Assembly (NCBI GenBank): GCA_963678065.2
Contig: CAXXVZ010000005.1
Coordinates: 480,001-544,000 of the forward strand
Length of the DNA: 64,000 bases
Origin: Treponemataceae bacterium
Lineage (GTDB): Bacteria > Spirochaetota > Spirochaetia > Treponematales > Rectinemataceae
Direction: 5' to 3'
Made by a program: the position numbers and the translations under genes. Below the pieces are notes generated by a model that was not told the origin of the DNA, ran no database searches, and worked only from the letters and a program-made list of their open reading frames with translations. Within the stretch, counting starts at the first letter, position 1. Each line of letters starts with the position of its first letter. Shown piece after piece: positions 9,625 to 18,455 of the stretch.

Positions 9625-9742
9625 GCCGGGGATACGGCGGGGCAGCCCGCCGCTTCGCATCGATTCTCTGATCGGACCGGCCCGTGAATGGCGGGATGTC
9701 GGACACGATCATTTGTAACGGGTATGTGTACAGGAGGAGAGG

Positions 9743-11596
9743 ATGGGCGGATCGACAGGGCGAGAGGGTCGCGACACAATCGACAGGGACATACGCGCCT
9801 GGATCGGATCGAGGCTGATAATCGCCGACGGCTCCACGGGGACGGCCCTCGAAGCCCTCTCCCCCGGCATCGGGGCGAAGGGCGCCCTCCTCCCTCTGAC
9901 CAGACCGGAACTCGTCGAGGAACTGCACCGCTCCTACTTCCGCGCGGGGTCCACGCTCGTCGAGACGGCCACCTTCACGGCGAGCGCCCGGTCGCTCGAA
10001 CGCTTCGCGGAATCGAAAGAGGCAGGAATCGGCGATCCCGGAGAACTCGCCTACGCGGTGAACCGGGCTGGGGCGGAGGCCGCCGTCCGCGCGGCGCGCG
10101 AAGCCGAGGCCACGGCGGGAGAGCCACGCTGGGTCGCGGGCTCCATCGGCCCCGGCGACGCGCCCCCGAGCTTCGGCATGGCCACATGGGCCCAGCTGCG
10201 TGAGTCCTACCTTCCCCAGGCGCGGGGACTAGCCGACGGGGGGGTCGACCTCGCCATCGTCGAAACCTGCCAGGATCCCCTCCAGATCAAGGCCGCGCTC
10301 GCCGCCCTCATGAGCCCGGAAGGAGGAAGGGGCCTGCCCTTCATCGTGTCGGCCACCGTGGACGCCTCGCGCCGCATGCTCGCTGGGACGAGCCTCGCCG
10401 CCTTCGTCGCCATCGTCGCGCCCTTCAGGCCGCTCGCCCTCGGGCTCAACTGCTCAGGCGGTCCCGACGAGCTCGCGGAGAGCCTCGCCGAGCTCGCCTC
10501 GCTCTCGCCTCTCCCACTCTGCTTCATGCCCAACGCGGGTCTCCCCGTCTCGGTCGACGGCAAGACGAGTTTCCCATTCGGACCCGACATCTTCGCGGCC
10601 AAGGTCGGGGCGATGGTCAGGAAGCACGGCATCGCGATCGTCGGCGGCTGCTGCGGGACGGGCCCCGCGCACATCGCCGCGCTTGCGCGAGCCCTGACTG
10701 CCGAAGCCCCGGACAGTCTCAAGCGCGGCGCGCCTGTCGCCACGCCTGCCGGGCGCTCCCCGGCCCGTCTGCCCGCCCTCGCGTCCCTGTACGAGGCGCG
10801 GCCGGTCGGACCTGAACTGTTCATGATCGGCGAGAAGGCGAACGTCTCCGGCTCGGCCGCCTTCGGCGATCTTCTCGAGGCCCGGGATTTCGACGGCATG
10901 GGCGAAATGGCGCTGGAGCAGGAAGGGACGGGAGCGCAGGCCATCGATCTCCGGGTCGCCCGCCGCGGCCGCGACGAGGCCGAGGACATGAAGGAACTCG
11001 TCGGGCTCATCGCGCTCCGCGCGCGCGCTGCGCTCTCGATCGACAGCACCGATCCCGGCGTCGCCGCCGCCGCCCTTCCGCTTATAGGCGGACGCGCCCT
11101 CATCAATTCGGCGAGCCTGAAAGATCCCGGCAGAGCGCGCGGGATCTTCGCTGCCGCGAGGGAACACGGCGCCGCCGTCGTCTGCCTCGCCCTGGACGCA
11201 GGCGGACCTGCCCGGAGTGTCGCCGGAAAGGTGAGCATCTGCCGGAAGCTCTACGATCTCGCCACAGGCGAGTACGGGCTCCCGCCCGAGTCACTCTTCT
11301 TCGACCCTGTCGTCCTCCCACTCGCGACTGCTCCTGAGGCTGCCGCAAAGACTCTCGACGCAATTCCCGCCATCAAGGAGGCCTGCCCGGGTTCCCTCAC
11401 CATACTGGGACTCGGCAATTTCTCCTTCGGGATGCCCGAGGGCGTCAGGAAGCAGGCGGAGGCCGTCTTCCTCGACATGGCGCGCGCGCGCGGACTGGAC
11501 GCCGCCATCCTCGACACGGCCGGAGTCCCTCCCGTCGCGGCGGTGGACGCGGCGCTCAGAGAGTCCATCGGGCGCCGCGTCGCGGAAGGGAAATAG
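9743..11596 (+). CDS. Homocysteine S-methyltransferase + pterin-binding domains (N-terminal half of MetH; no cobalamin or AdoMet domains)
   Basis: IADGSTGT, VETATF, VAGSIGP, ETCQDPLQIKAA, Zn ligands GLNCS and GGCCGT, PNAGLP; then MIGEKANVSGS, SIDST, INSAS, FFDP, GNFSFG; stops after the folate domain. Confidence 0.88.
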   Translation: MGGSTGREGRDTIDRDIRAWIGSRLIIADGSTGTALEALSPGIGAKGALLPLTRPELVEELHRSYFRAGSTLVETATFTASARSLERFAESKEAGIGDPGELAYAVNRAGAEAAVRAAREAEATAGEPRWVAGSIGPGDAPPSFGMATWAQLRESYLPQARGLADGGVDLAIVETCQDPLQIKAALAALMSPEGGRGLPFIVSATVDASRRMLAGTSLAAFVAIVAPFRPLALGLNCSGGPDELAESLAELASLSPLPLCFMPNAGLPVSVDGKTSFPFGPDIFAAKVGAMVRKHGIAIVGGCCGTGPAHIAALARALTAEAPDSLKRGAPVATPAGRSPARLPALASLYEARPVGPELFMIGEKANVSGSAAFGDLLEARDFDGMGEMALEQEGTGAQAIDLRVARRGRDEAEDMKELVGLIALRARAALSIDSTDPGVAAAALPLIGGRALINSASLKDPGRARGIFAAAREHGAAVVCLALDAGGPARSVAGKVSICRKLYDLATGEYGLPPESLFFDPVVLPLATAPEAAAKTLDAIPAIKEACPGSLTILGLGNFSFGMPEGVRKQAEAVFLDMARARGLDAAILDTAGVPPVAAVDAALRESIGRRVAEGK

Positions 11597-11693
11597 CCCA
11601 CATCCCACACCCCTGATTCGAGGCGGGTCAATTCGATCGGATCGGTAAATGGTGGGATTTCTTTCGATGCCGGCCCCGGAGCGGCGGAATCGA

Positions 11694-11722
11694 TTGCGGG
11701 ATACGCGGCGCGGCACTACAAT
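11694..11722 (+). promoter_or_regulatory. Candidate sigma70 promoter for the first sugar-binding protein
   Basis: TTGCGG-N17-TACAAT. Confidence 0.5.
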
Positions 11723-11757
11723 CTCAACGTGAAGACTGTCGGATCGGTGGACCTGCA

Positions 11758-12735
11758 ATGACGAGAATCCGTGTGCCCGGAAGCCCCGGCCTGTGCCTTA
11801 CCTGCCTCGCGCTCCTCCTCCTCTTTCCTCCCTCCGGCTTCGCGGCGCCGGGGGCGGTGGTCGTAGCGGGCACGAGCGGAACGCGTTCCACCTTCGCCAT
11901 CGTGTATCCCATCGTCCACCCCTTCTTCCAGCCGGTGACGGAGATGGCCCTCGAGTACGGGAACCGCAGAGGCGTCGATCTCATTTTCAAGGCCCCGGAG
12001 GGCAGCGACGCGAGCCAGCAGATCCGCATCGTGCGCGATCTCATCAGGATGAAAGTCGACGGCCTCGCCCTCTGCCCCACCGATCCCCGCGCCCTCGAGC
12101 CCCTCGTGGCCGAAGCGCGGGCCGCGGGGATTCCCGTCATCACCTTCGAGTCCGACATGCCGAAGAGCGGGCGCATCTGTTTCCTGGGCACCGACAATTA
12201 CCGGGCGGGCCGGCACCTGGCGGAGGTTCTGGCCAGGGAACTCAAAGACGAGGGCGATGCCATCGTCTGCACGGGCCTGCCGACCCAGCCGAGCCTGAAC
12301 CAGCGCATCCAGGGCATCAGGGACGTGCTGAGGGAAAAGTACCCACGGATCAGGATCGTCTCGCTGCAGAGCGGCGAAGGGAACCCCGACTCGACGACGA
12401 AAGTCATCGAACGCCAGATCCGCGAGCATCCCGACTTCGACTCGTTCACCAGCATCGACGCCACGGGCGGCCCTGCGGCCGTCTCGATATGGAAGGCGAT
12501 GGGCTGGAAAGGCTCGAAGCACAAGATCGTCACCTTCGACGACATGCCCGAGAATCTTTCGGGCATCCGCTCGGGCATCATCGCCGCCGTCATCTCCCAG
12601 CGCGAATGGACCTGGGGGACCCTCATCATCGACCGCCTCCTCGACATCGTCGAGGGAAAGGGCGTGCCCGAGTACACGGACACGGGCACCGTCGAAATAA
12701 CCTTCGCCAACATCGATTCCTACCGGAGTCAGTAA
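11758..12735 (+). CDS. Monosaccharide ABC transporter substrate-binding protein (RbsB-like), paralog 1
   Basis: Signal peptide; HPFF, AGIPVITFESD, GTDNYRAG, NQRIQG, DTG; near-identical blocks shared with 12944-13909. Confidence 0.9.
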   Translation: MTRIRVPGSPGLCLTCLALLLLFPPSGFAAPGAVVVAGTSGTRSTFAIVYPIVHPFFQPVTEMALEYGNRRGVDLIFKAPEGSDASQQIRIVRDLIRMKVDGLALCPTDPRALEPLVAEARAAGIPVITFESDMPKSGRICFLGTDNYRAGRHLAEVLARELKDEGDAIVCTGLPTQPSLNQRIQGIRDVLREKYPRIRIVSLQSGEGNPDSTTKVIERQIREHPDFDSFTSIDATGGPAAVSIWKAMGWKGSKHKIVTFDDMPENLSGIRSGIIAAVISQREWTWGTLIIDRLLDIVEGKGVPEYTDTGTVEITFANIDSYRSQ

Positions 12736-12943
12736 AACCGCCGGTCCACCTCCGCCGGAAACAAGTCCCCGGATACTCCGGACCGGCGGCCTCTGCCGGC
12801 CGGCCCCGCGCCATAGTCCACTTTCTTCCCCGAAAAAAACCATTGTCGGTTCCGTCCGGCGGGTCTAGCCTTGATGATGTCGGCGCCGACCAACCCGGGA
12901 AGGTCGACGCCGAACACCCGCACTAGAGGAAGGACGGTCGAAA

Positions 12944-13909
12944 ATGAAACAGAGACTAATAGCCGTGTGTATCGTCGCCGCCATCGTCGCCGCGATTCCG
13001 TTCACCGGCGCTTTCGCCCAGGACACGAAGCAGAAGACATTCGCCATCGTGTATCCCATCGTGCACCCATTCTTCGAGCCAGTCACGAAAATGGCCACCG
13101 AGTACGCCGCGAAGCAAGGAATAAAGATCATCACGAAGGCGCCCGAAGGGACGGATGTCCGCGGTCAGATCGAAATCATGGAAAACCTCATCTCCATGAA
13201 GGTATCGGGAATCGCGCTCTGCGCCACCGATCCCGTCGCCCTCATTCCCTACGTCAACAAGGCAGTGGAAGCCGGCATTCCCGTCATCGCCTTCGAATCC
13301 GACATGCCGGGCAGCAAGCGCTACGCCTTCATGGGGACGGACAACTACAACGCCGGTGTGCACCTCGGCCATGTCGTGGGACGCGAACTCGGCGGCAAGG
13401 GCAAGATGATCATCTGCACCGGACTTCCCACGCAGAAAAGCCTCAACGACCGCATCCGCGGAATCAGGGAATGTCTCGACGCGAACTATCCCGGCGTCAA
13501 GATCGTCGACCTCCAGACGGGCCAGGGCGACCCCGCTCTGACGCTCAGCGTGATCGAGGCCCAGATCCAGGCCAATCCCGACTTCGATGTGTTCACGAGC
13601 ATCGACGCCACGGGCGGCCCCGTTGCCGTGTCCATCTGGCGTGCCAAGGGATGGAAATCCGACAAGCACAAGATCATCACCTTCGACGACATGCCCGAAA
13701 ATCTCCAGGGCCTCCGGGAAGGTCTCGCGACGGCGGTCATCACCCAGCGGCAGTGGACCTGGGGACCGAAGATCGTCGACAGGCTCAACGACATCATCGC
13801 CCACAAGGGCGTGATCAACTACGACGACACGGGCACCATCGAGATCACATCGAAGAATGTGGGAAGCTACTACAGCTCCGAACCCTGGAAATTCGTCTTC
13901 AAAAAATAA
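12944..13909 (+). CDS. Monosaccharide ABC transporter substrate-binding protein (RbsB-like), paralog 2
   Basis: Signal peptide; TFAIVYPIVHPFF, AGIPVIAFESD, GTDNYNAG, TSIDATGGP. Confidence 0.92.
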   Translation: MKQRLIAVCIVAAIVAAIPFTGAFAQDTKQKTFAIVYPIVHPFFEPVTKMATEYAAKQGIKIITKAPEGTDVRGQIEIMENLISMKVSGIALCATDPVALIPYVNKAVEAGIPVIAFESDMPGSKRYAFMGTDNYNAGVHLGHVVGRELGGKGKMIICTGLPTQKSLNDRIRGIRECLDANYPGVKIVDLQTGQGDPALTLSVIEAQIQANPDFDVFTSIDATGGPVAVSIWRAKGWKSDKHKIITFDDMPENLQGLREGLATAVITQRQWTWGPKIVDRLNDIIAHKGVINYDDTGTIEITSKNVGSYYSSEPWKFVFKK

Positions 13910-13992
13910 CAGCCACAGCGGCGACTCTCCCCGGCCGGAATCCCGGTCAGGGGACTCGCCGTCAGGCGGCGCGAAGGAAAAGGAACGGGACA

Positions 13993-14997
13993 ATGGGAAA
14001 AGCCATCGGGGCACTACAGACGGATGCGCGGCCCTCCGGCGCGGCCAGGTTCGCCGGACGCATCCTGCGACAGAGGGAGACCGGCCTCTCCGTCATCATT
14101 CTGATCATCGTCGCCCTTCTCGCCCTCGCGAGACCGACAACGTTCTTCACATCGGAAAATCTGTTCAACATCCTCAAGCAGGTGAGTCTCGTGACGATCA
14201 CGGCCATCGGGCAGACGATCGTCATGGTGTCCGGAGGCATCGACCTCTCCATCGGTTTCAGCCTCGGTCTTTCGGGCGTCCTCCTCGCCTTCTTCATCCA
14301 GCAGGGGATGGACCCGGCTCTCGCAATCGCGCTGGGCGTGGCGGCGAGCACCGCGGCGGGAGCGCTCAACGGCACTCTCGTCACGAGACTCAGGCTGCCC
14401 GCCTTCATCGTGACCCTGGGCATCGCGAAAATCACGCGGGGCGTCATGTATGTCGTAACGCGCGGATACCCGATCCCGGTGCGGACTCCTTTCATTCTCT
14501 GGCTGGGCAACGGCTACGTCGGCCCCATACCGGTGCCCACCATCCTGATGGCGGCTTTCGTGGCCGCGGGCGCCTTCCTTCTCTCCAGGACCGTCTTCGG
14601 CAACCACGTGAAGGCGATCGGCGGCAACGAGATGGCGGCAAAACTCGCCGGCATCCGCATCGCGAAGAACAAGATCGTGATATTCGGTCTGGCGGGCCTT
14701 TTGGCCGGCATCGCGGGTGTCGTGATGGTCGGCCGGGTCAGCGCCGGCAACCCGAACTCGGGGCTCAATTTCGACATGGACTCGATAGCGGCGGCCATTA
14801 TCGGCGGCACCAGCCTCTCGGGCGGCGAGGGAACGATTGTCGGAACGATGCTCGGCGCCCTGCTTCTCGGCGTGATAGGCAACGGGCTGGTGCTCATGAA
14901 TGTGAGCATGTACTGGCAGACCATCGTCGCGGGAGTGATCATCATCGCCGTCTGCGGGCTGGACGCGGCGACGCGCTCAGGCAAAAGCCGGGGCTAG
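13993..14997 (+). CDS. Monosaccharide ABC transporter permease (RbsC-like)
   Basis: SGGIDLSIG, AFIVTLG, AIGGNEMAAKLAGI, IAAAIIGGTSLSGGEG; start refined to ATG 13993. Confidence 0.93.
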   Translation: MGKAIGALQTDARPSGAARFAGRILRQRETGLSVIILIIVALLALARPTTFFTSENLFNILKQVSLVTITAIGQTIVMVSGGIDLSIGFSLGLSGVLLAFFIQQGMDPALAIALGVAASTAAGALNGTLVTRLRLPAFIVTLGIAKITRGVMYVVTRGYPIPVRTPFILWLGNGYVGPIPVPTILMAAFVAAGAFLLSRTVFGNHVKAIGGNEMAAKLAGIRIAKNKIVIFGLAGLLAGIAGVVMVGRVSAGNPNSGLNFDMDSIAAAIIGGTSLSGGEGTIVGTMLGALLLGVIGNGLVLMNVSMYWQTIVAGVIIIAVCGLDAATRSGKSRG

Positions 14998-15006
14998 GGG
15001 GCGACA

Positions 15007-16509
15007 ATGAGCGGCGAAACCGTCCTCTGCATGAAGAAGATCGGCAAGATATTTCCCGGCGTCCGGGCTCTGCGCTCCGTGGATTTCGACCTCCGCAGGG
15101 GTGAGGTCCACGGCCTCGTCGGCGAGAACGGCGCGGGGAAAAGCACCCTCATGAAGGTCCTCGGGGGCGTGTACCAGCCCGAGGAGGGAAGCATCGAGAT
15201 TGACGGCCGTCCCGCGCAGATCCGCGGACCGGGAGACTCGATCCGCGCCGGCGTGAGCGTCATCTACCAGGAGTTCAACCTCGTCCCGACACTGAGCGTC
15301 GCGGAGAACATCTTCCTCGGAAAGGAAATCGCCTCGCGCCGGGGCAGGGTGCTCGACAGAAAAAAGATGGAAGCCAAGGCGCAAGAATGTGTGGCCAGGC
15401 TCGGCCTCGCGGCGGACTGCTCGGAGCCCGTCTCCTCGCTCAGCATCGCGAGGCAGCAGGTTGTCGAAATAGCCAAGGCGCTGTTCAACGATTCGAGGAT
15501 ACTGGTCATGGACGAACCCACCGCAGTGCTGAGCCAGAAGGAATCCGCCGCCCTCTTCGACCTCATCGGTTCCCTCAGGAAAGACGGGATCTCCATCATC
15601 TTCATCTCGCACCGCCTCGAAGAGGTGATCGCGCTCTGCGACAGGATCACGGTGCTCCGCGACGGCGAGGTCGTGGATACGATCGACCAAAGCGGAGGGC
15701 GGGCGTCGAAAGACGAGCTCATCCGCTCGATGGTCGGCCGCGTTCTGAACGATTATTTCCCGGAGCCGGCGCACGCGGTCGGAAGGCAGAAGCTGCTCGA
15801 GGTGCAGGGACTGGCGAAGGAGGGGCTCTTCGACGACGTGAGCTTCGATCTCCACCCGGGCGAAATCCTGGGATTCTACGGGTTGATCGGGGCGGGACGG
15901 ACGGAGATCATGAAGACGCTGTCGGGAGCCTACCGTGCGGACCGGGGGAAGGTTTTCGTCCGCGGCCGAGGCCTGTCCACCGGCACAATCCAGGGCTCGC
16001 GGGAGGCGGGAATCGTCCTCGTGCCCGAAGACCGCAAGGCCGAAGGTCTCGTGATCGGAATGACTCTGGCCCAGAATATCGGCCTGCCCAATCTTTGCTC
16101 GCTGAGTCGGGCGGGAATCGTCAGCCGGAGAAAGGTCCGGACCCTCGTCGAGGACTGCGCGCGGTCGCTCTCGATAAGGCCGCCCGCCCCGGACAAGCGC
16201 ATGATCGATTTCTCCGGCGGCAACCAGCAGAAAGCCGTCATCGCGAAGTGGCTCGCAGGATCGCCCGAGATCATCATCTTCGACGAACCGACGCGGGGCA
16301 TAGACGTCGGCTCGAAGACGGAAATCTACCATCTCATCGAGAAGCTCGCGTCGAAGGGCGTCGGTGTCATCATCGTTTCCTCGGAACTTCTCGAGATACT
16401 CGGCATGTGCGACAGGATCATCGTGATCCACGAGGGCCGGGTCACGGGTCGCTTCGACCGGAGCGAGGCGAGCCAGGAGCTTGTGGTGCGGGCGGCCGTG
16501 GGCGCCTGA
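15007..16509 (+). CDS. Monosaccharide ABC transporter ATP-binding protein (RbsA-like, duplicated NBD)
   Basis: GENGAGKSTL, MDEPT, VPEDRK, SGGNQQK, DEPTRGIDVG. Confidence 0.95.
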   Translation: MSGETVLCMKKIGKIFPGVRALRSVDFDLRRGEVHGLVGENGAGKSTLMKVLGGVYQPEEGSIEIDGRPAQIRGPGDSIRAGVSVIYQEFNLVPTLSVAENIFLGKEIASRRGRVLDRKKMEAKAQECVARLGLAADCSEPVSSLSIARQQVVEIAKALFNDSRILVMDEPTAVLSQKESAALFDLIGSLRKDGISIIFISHRLEEVIALCDRITVLRDGEVVDTIDQSGGRASKDELIRSMVGRVLNDYFPEPAHAVGRQKLLEVQGLAKEGLFDDVSFDLHPGEILGFYGLIGAGRTEIMKTLSGAYRADRGKVFVRGRGLSTGTIQGSREAGIVLVPEDRKAEGLVIGMTLAQNIGLPNLCSLSRAGIVSRRKVRTLVEDCARSLSIRPPAPDKRMIDFSGGNQQKAVIAKWLAGSPEIIIFDEPTRGIDVGSKTEIYHLIEKLASKGVGVIIVSSELLEILGMCDRIIVIHEGRVTGRFDRSEASQELVVRAAVGA

Positions 16510-16545
16510 AGACGGGCCCGCGGTTCGCGCGGCATGAGGGCGCGA

Positions 16546-16573
16546 TTGACGGAGAGGGAGGTGGTGCTATACT
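16546..16573 (+). promoter_or_regulatory. sigma70 promoter with extended -10, probably leaderless
   Basis: TTGACG-N16-TATACT with TG-n before the -10; in-frame GTG 7 nt downstream at 16581. Confidence 0.6.
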
Positions 16574-16580
16574 GCTCTGC

Positions 16581-18455
16581 GTGGAAGACGAAGGTCGCGC
16601 GGGAAAGCCCCCTGTCCCCGAAGCGGAGCCCCGCGGCGGCCGGCAAAGTCGCGCGGGCGCGGCGAATCTTTTCGCGCGGCTGCGCACGAGTCTCCGCGCG
16701 AGGATCCTCATAATTTCCGCGATTCTCGCCACCATCCCGCTCGGAGTGGTGGGCATCGTGTCCTACTCTCTCGCCCGCTCCGCGATACGCGACAACGCCC
16801 TCAACAACGCCGTCCAGCTCGCCGGCCAGATCAACCGGAGCGTCAGCCTCGTGTTCAAGGACACGGAAAAACTCCTCAGAATCGGGAAGAGCGAGAGCGC
16901 CATAGGTTTCGTCAATCCCTATCTCCGCTCGGAAGAGACGCTGTACAACTCGGCCATGGACCTCATCGGCCTCTTCAAACTGTTCCGCGGCGTGTACGAG
17001 TCGGATCGCTACATCGAGGGAATCTACGTTCTCGGGCTGGACGGTGCCTGCCTGAGCGAGCGGGACGGCCGCTATGTCCCGGGCGCGGACCTGCGGAAGA
17101 TACCGACGGTCGCCTCCATCCTCTCGACCCCCGGGAAAATCCATTACATACCGAACAGAGTCATAGACTATGCGCCCGATCCGGGCTACCGGAACGTCAT
17201 CTCGGTCGGCACCGCCATCGTGAGGCCTTCCACGAAGGAAGTTTTCGGCGTGATCATCGTCGACCTCGACGGCGCCGCGGTCGAGGAAATAAGCGGCAAC
17301 GCCTCGATCGGGGAGACCGGAAGCTTCGCGATCATCGACGCCGGCGGCCAGCCCGTGTTTCCCTGGAACGCCGCGCCGGAACCGGCCGCTTCCTTCCGTG
17401 CCGTTCCCGGACTCGCCGACTCCGGCCACCTCTTCCTCGGCACAGGCGTAAACGAAGAACTCATCGTCTACAACACGCTCGAGAATTCCGGATGGAAAAT
17501 CGCCGGGCGCGCGCGGGTGAGCGAGCTCATGCGCGGGGCCTACTACATCAGGGCTGTCACCTTCGCCCTCGTCGGCGCCTGCGTGCTCTGCGTGATCATC
17601 CTGTACTTCTTCATCTCGGGGGCGCTCACCCACCCGCTCCGGGACCTGAAGGAAAAAATGAAACAGGCTGAATCCGGCGATCTCGAGGTGCGGGCCTTCA
17701 GCCCGAACCGGGATGAAGTCGCGGAACTCTGCCACAGTTTCAACGTCATGATCGCGAAGCTCAAGGAGCTCATGGAGAAGACCGCCCGGGAGCAGGACGA
17801 GCTGAAGAAAGCCGAGCTGAAGGCGCTGCAGGCCCAGATCAACCCGCACTTCCTGTACAACACGCTGGACGCGATCATCTGGATGACCGAATCCAACAAC
17901 CGGGCCGATGTAGTCCGCATAACCAAGACACTCTCGACGTTCTTCAGACTGGTCCTGAGCAAGGGCGAGGAGTGGATCAGGGTCGCGGACGAAATGGAGC
18001 ATGTGCGGAGCTACCTCGACATCCAGCAGTTCCGCTACCGCGACATTCTCGAGTATTCCATCGAGCTGGACGGGGATCTCGCGTCGAAGCGCATCCTGAA
18101 ACTCACCCTCCAGCCCATCGTCGAGAACGCCATCTACCACGGAATAAAAAACAGGCGCGGAGGAGGATGTGTCCGCGTCACGGGACAGAACAGGCACGAC
18201 GGATCGATGGTCTTCGAGGTGTCGGACGACGGCCCCGGCATGGACCCCGAAAAACTCGGGCGGATCCGCGAGGCGATGGAATCGGAGTTCGCGGCGGAAG
18301 GTCTGCCGCCGGACCACCCCGGCGGGTACGGCCTCAGGAACGTGAATCAGCGCGTCAAACTATACTACGGCAGACAGTGGGGAGTCGGGATCGAGAGCGT
18401 TTCGGGATCGGGAACGCGCGTGACCCTGCGTCTTCCGGTGATGGAGCAGCAATGA
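16581..18455 (+). CDS. YesM/LytS-type sensor histidine kinase (Cache-HAMP-His_kinase)
   Basis: Two TMs, HAMP, ELKALQAQINPHFLYNTL, LQPIVENAIYHG, DDGPG, GYGLRNVNQR; start inferred. Confidence 0.92.
   Translation: MEDEGRAGKPPVPEAEPRGGRQSRAGAANLFARLRTSLRARILIISAILATIPLGVVGIVSYSLARSAIRDNALNNAVQLAGQINRSVSLVFKDTEKLLRIGKSESAIGFVNPYLRSEETLYNSAMDLIGLFKLFRGVYESDRYIEGIYVLGLDGACLSERDGRYVPGADLRKIPTVASILSTPGKIHYIPNRVIDYAPDPGYRNVISVGTAIVRPSTKEVFGVIIVDLDGAAVEEISGNASIGETGSFAIIDAGGQPVFPWNAAPEPAASFRAVPGLADSGHLFLGTGVNEELIVYNTLENSGWKIAGRARVSELMRGAYYIRAVTFALVGACVLCVIILYFFISGALTHPLRDLKEKMKQAESGDLEVRAFSPNRDEVAELCHSFNVMIAKLKELMEKTAREQDELKKAELKALQAQINPHFLYNTLDAIIWMTESNNRADVVRITKTLSTFFRLVLSKGEEWIRVADEMEHVRSYLDIQQFRYRDILEYSIELDGDLASKRILKLTLQPIVENAIYHGIKNRRGGGCVRVTGQNRHDGSMVFEVSDDGPGMDPEKLGRIREAMESEFAAEGLPPDHPGGYGLRNVNQRVKLYYGRQWGVGIESVSGSGTRVTLRLPVMEQQ

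Noticed and set aside
9625..9742. SAM or cobalamin riboswitch upstream of the metH-like gene (also checked for metY and metA)
   Set aside because: No recognisable S-box or B12-box consensus by eye and the leaders are short; an Infernal/Rfam scan would be decisive
15387..16580. 1022-aa ORF suggesting a giant kinase fusion (likewise 6695, 12871, 17972, 21836 and 39074 upstream extensions)
   Set aside because: The N-terminal extensions are off-frame read-through of the upstream genes; real starts are supported by RBS, promoter or ATGA overlaps
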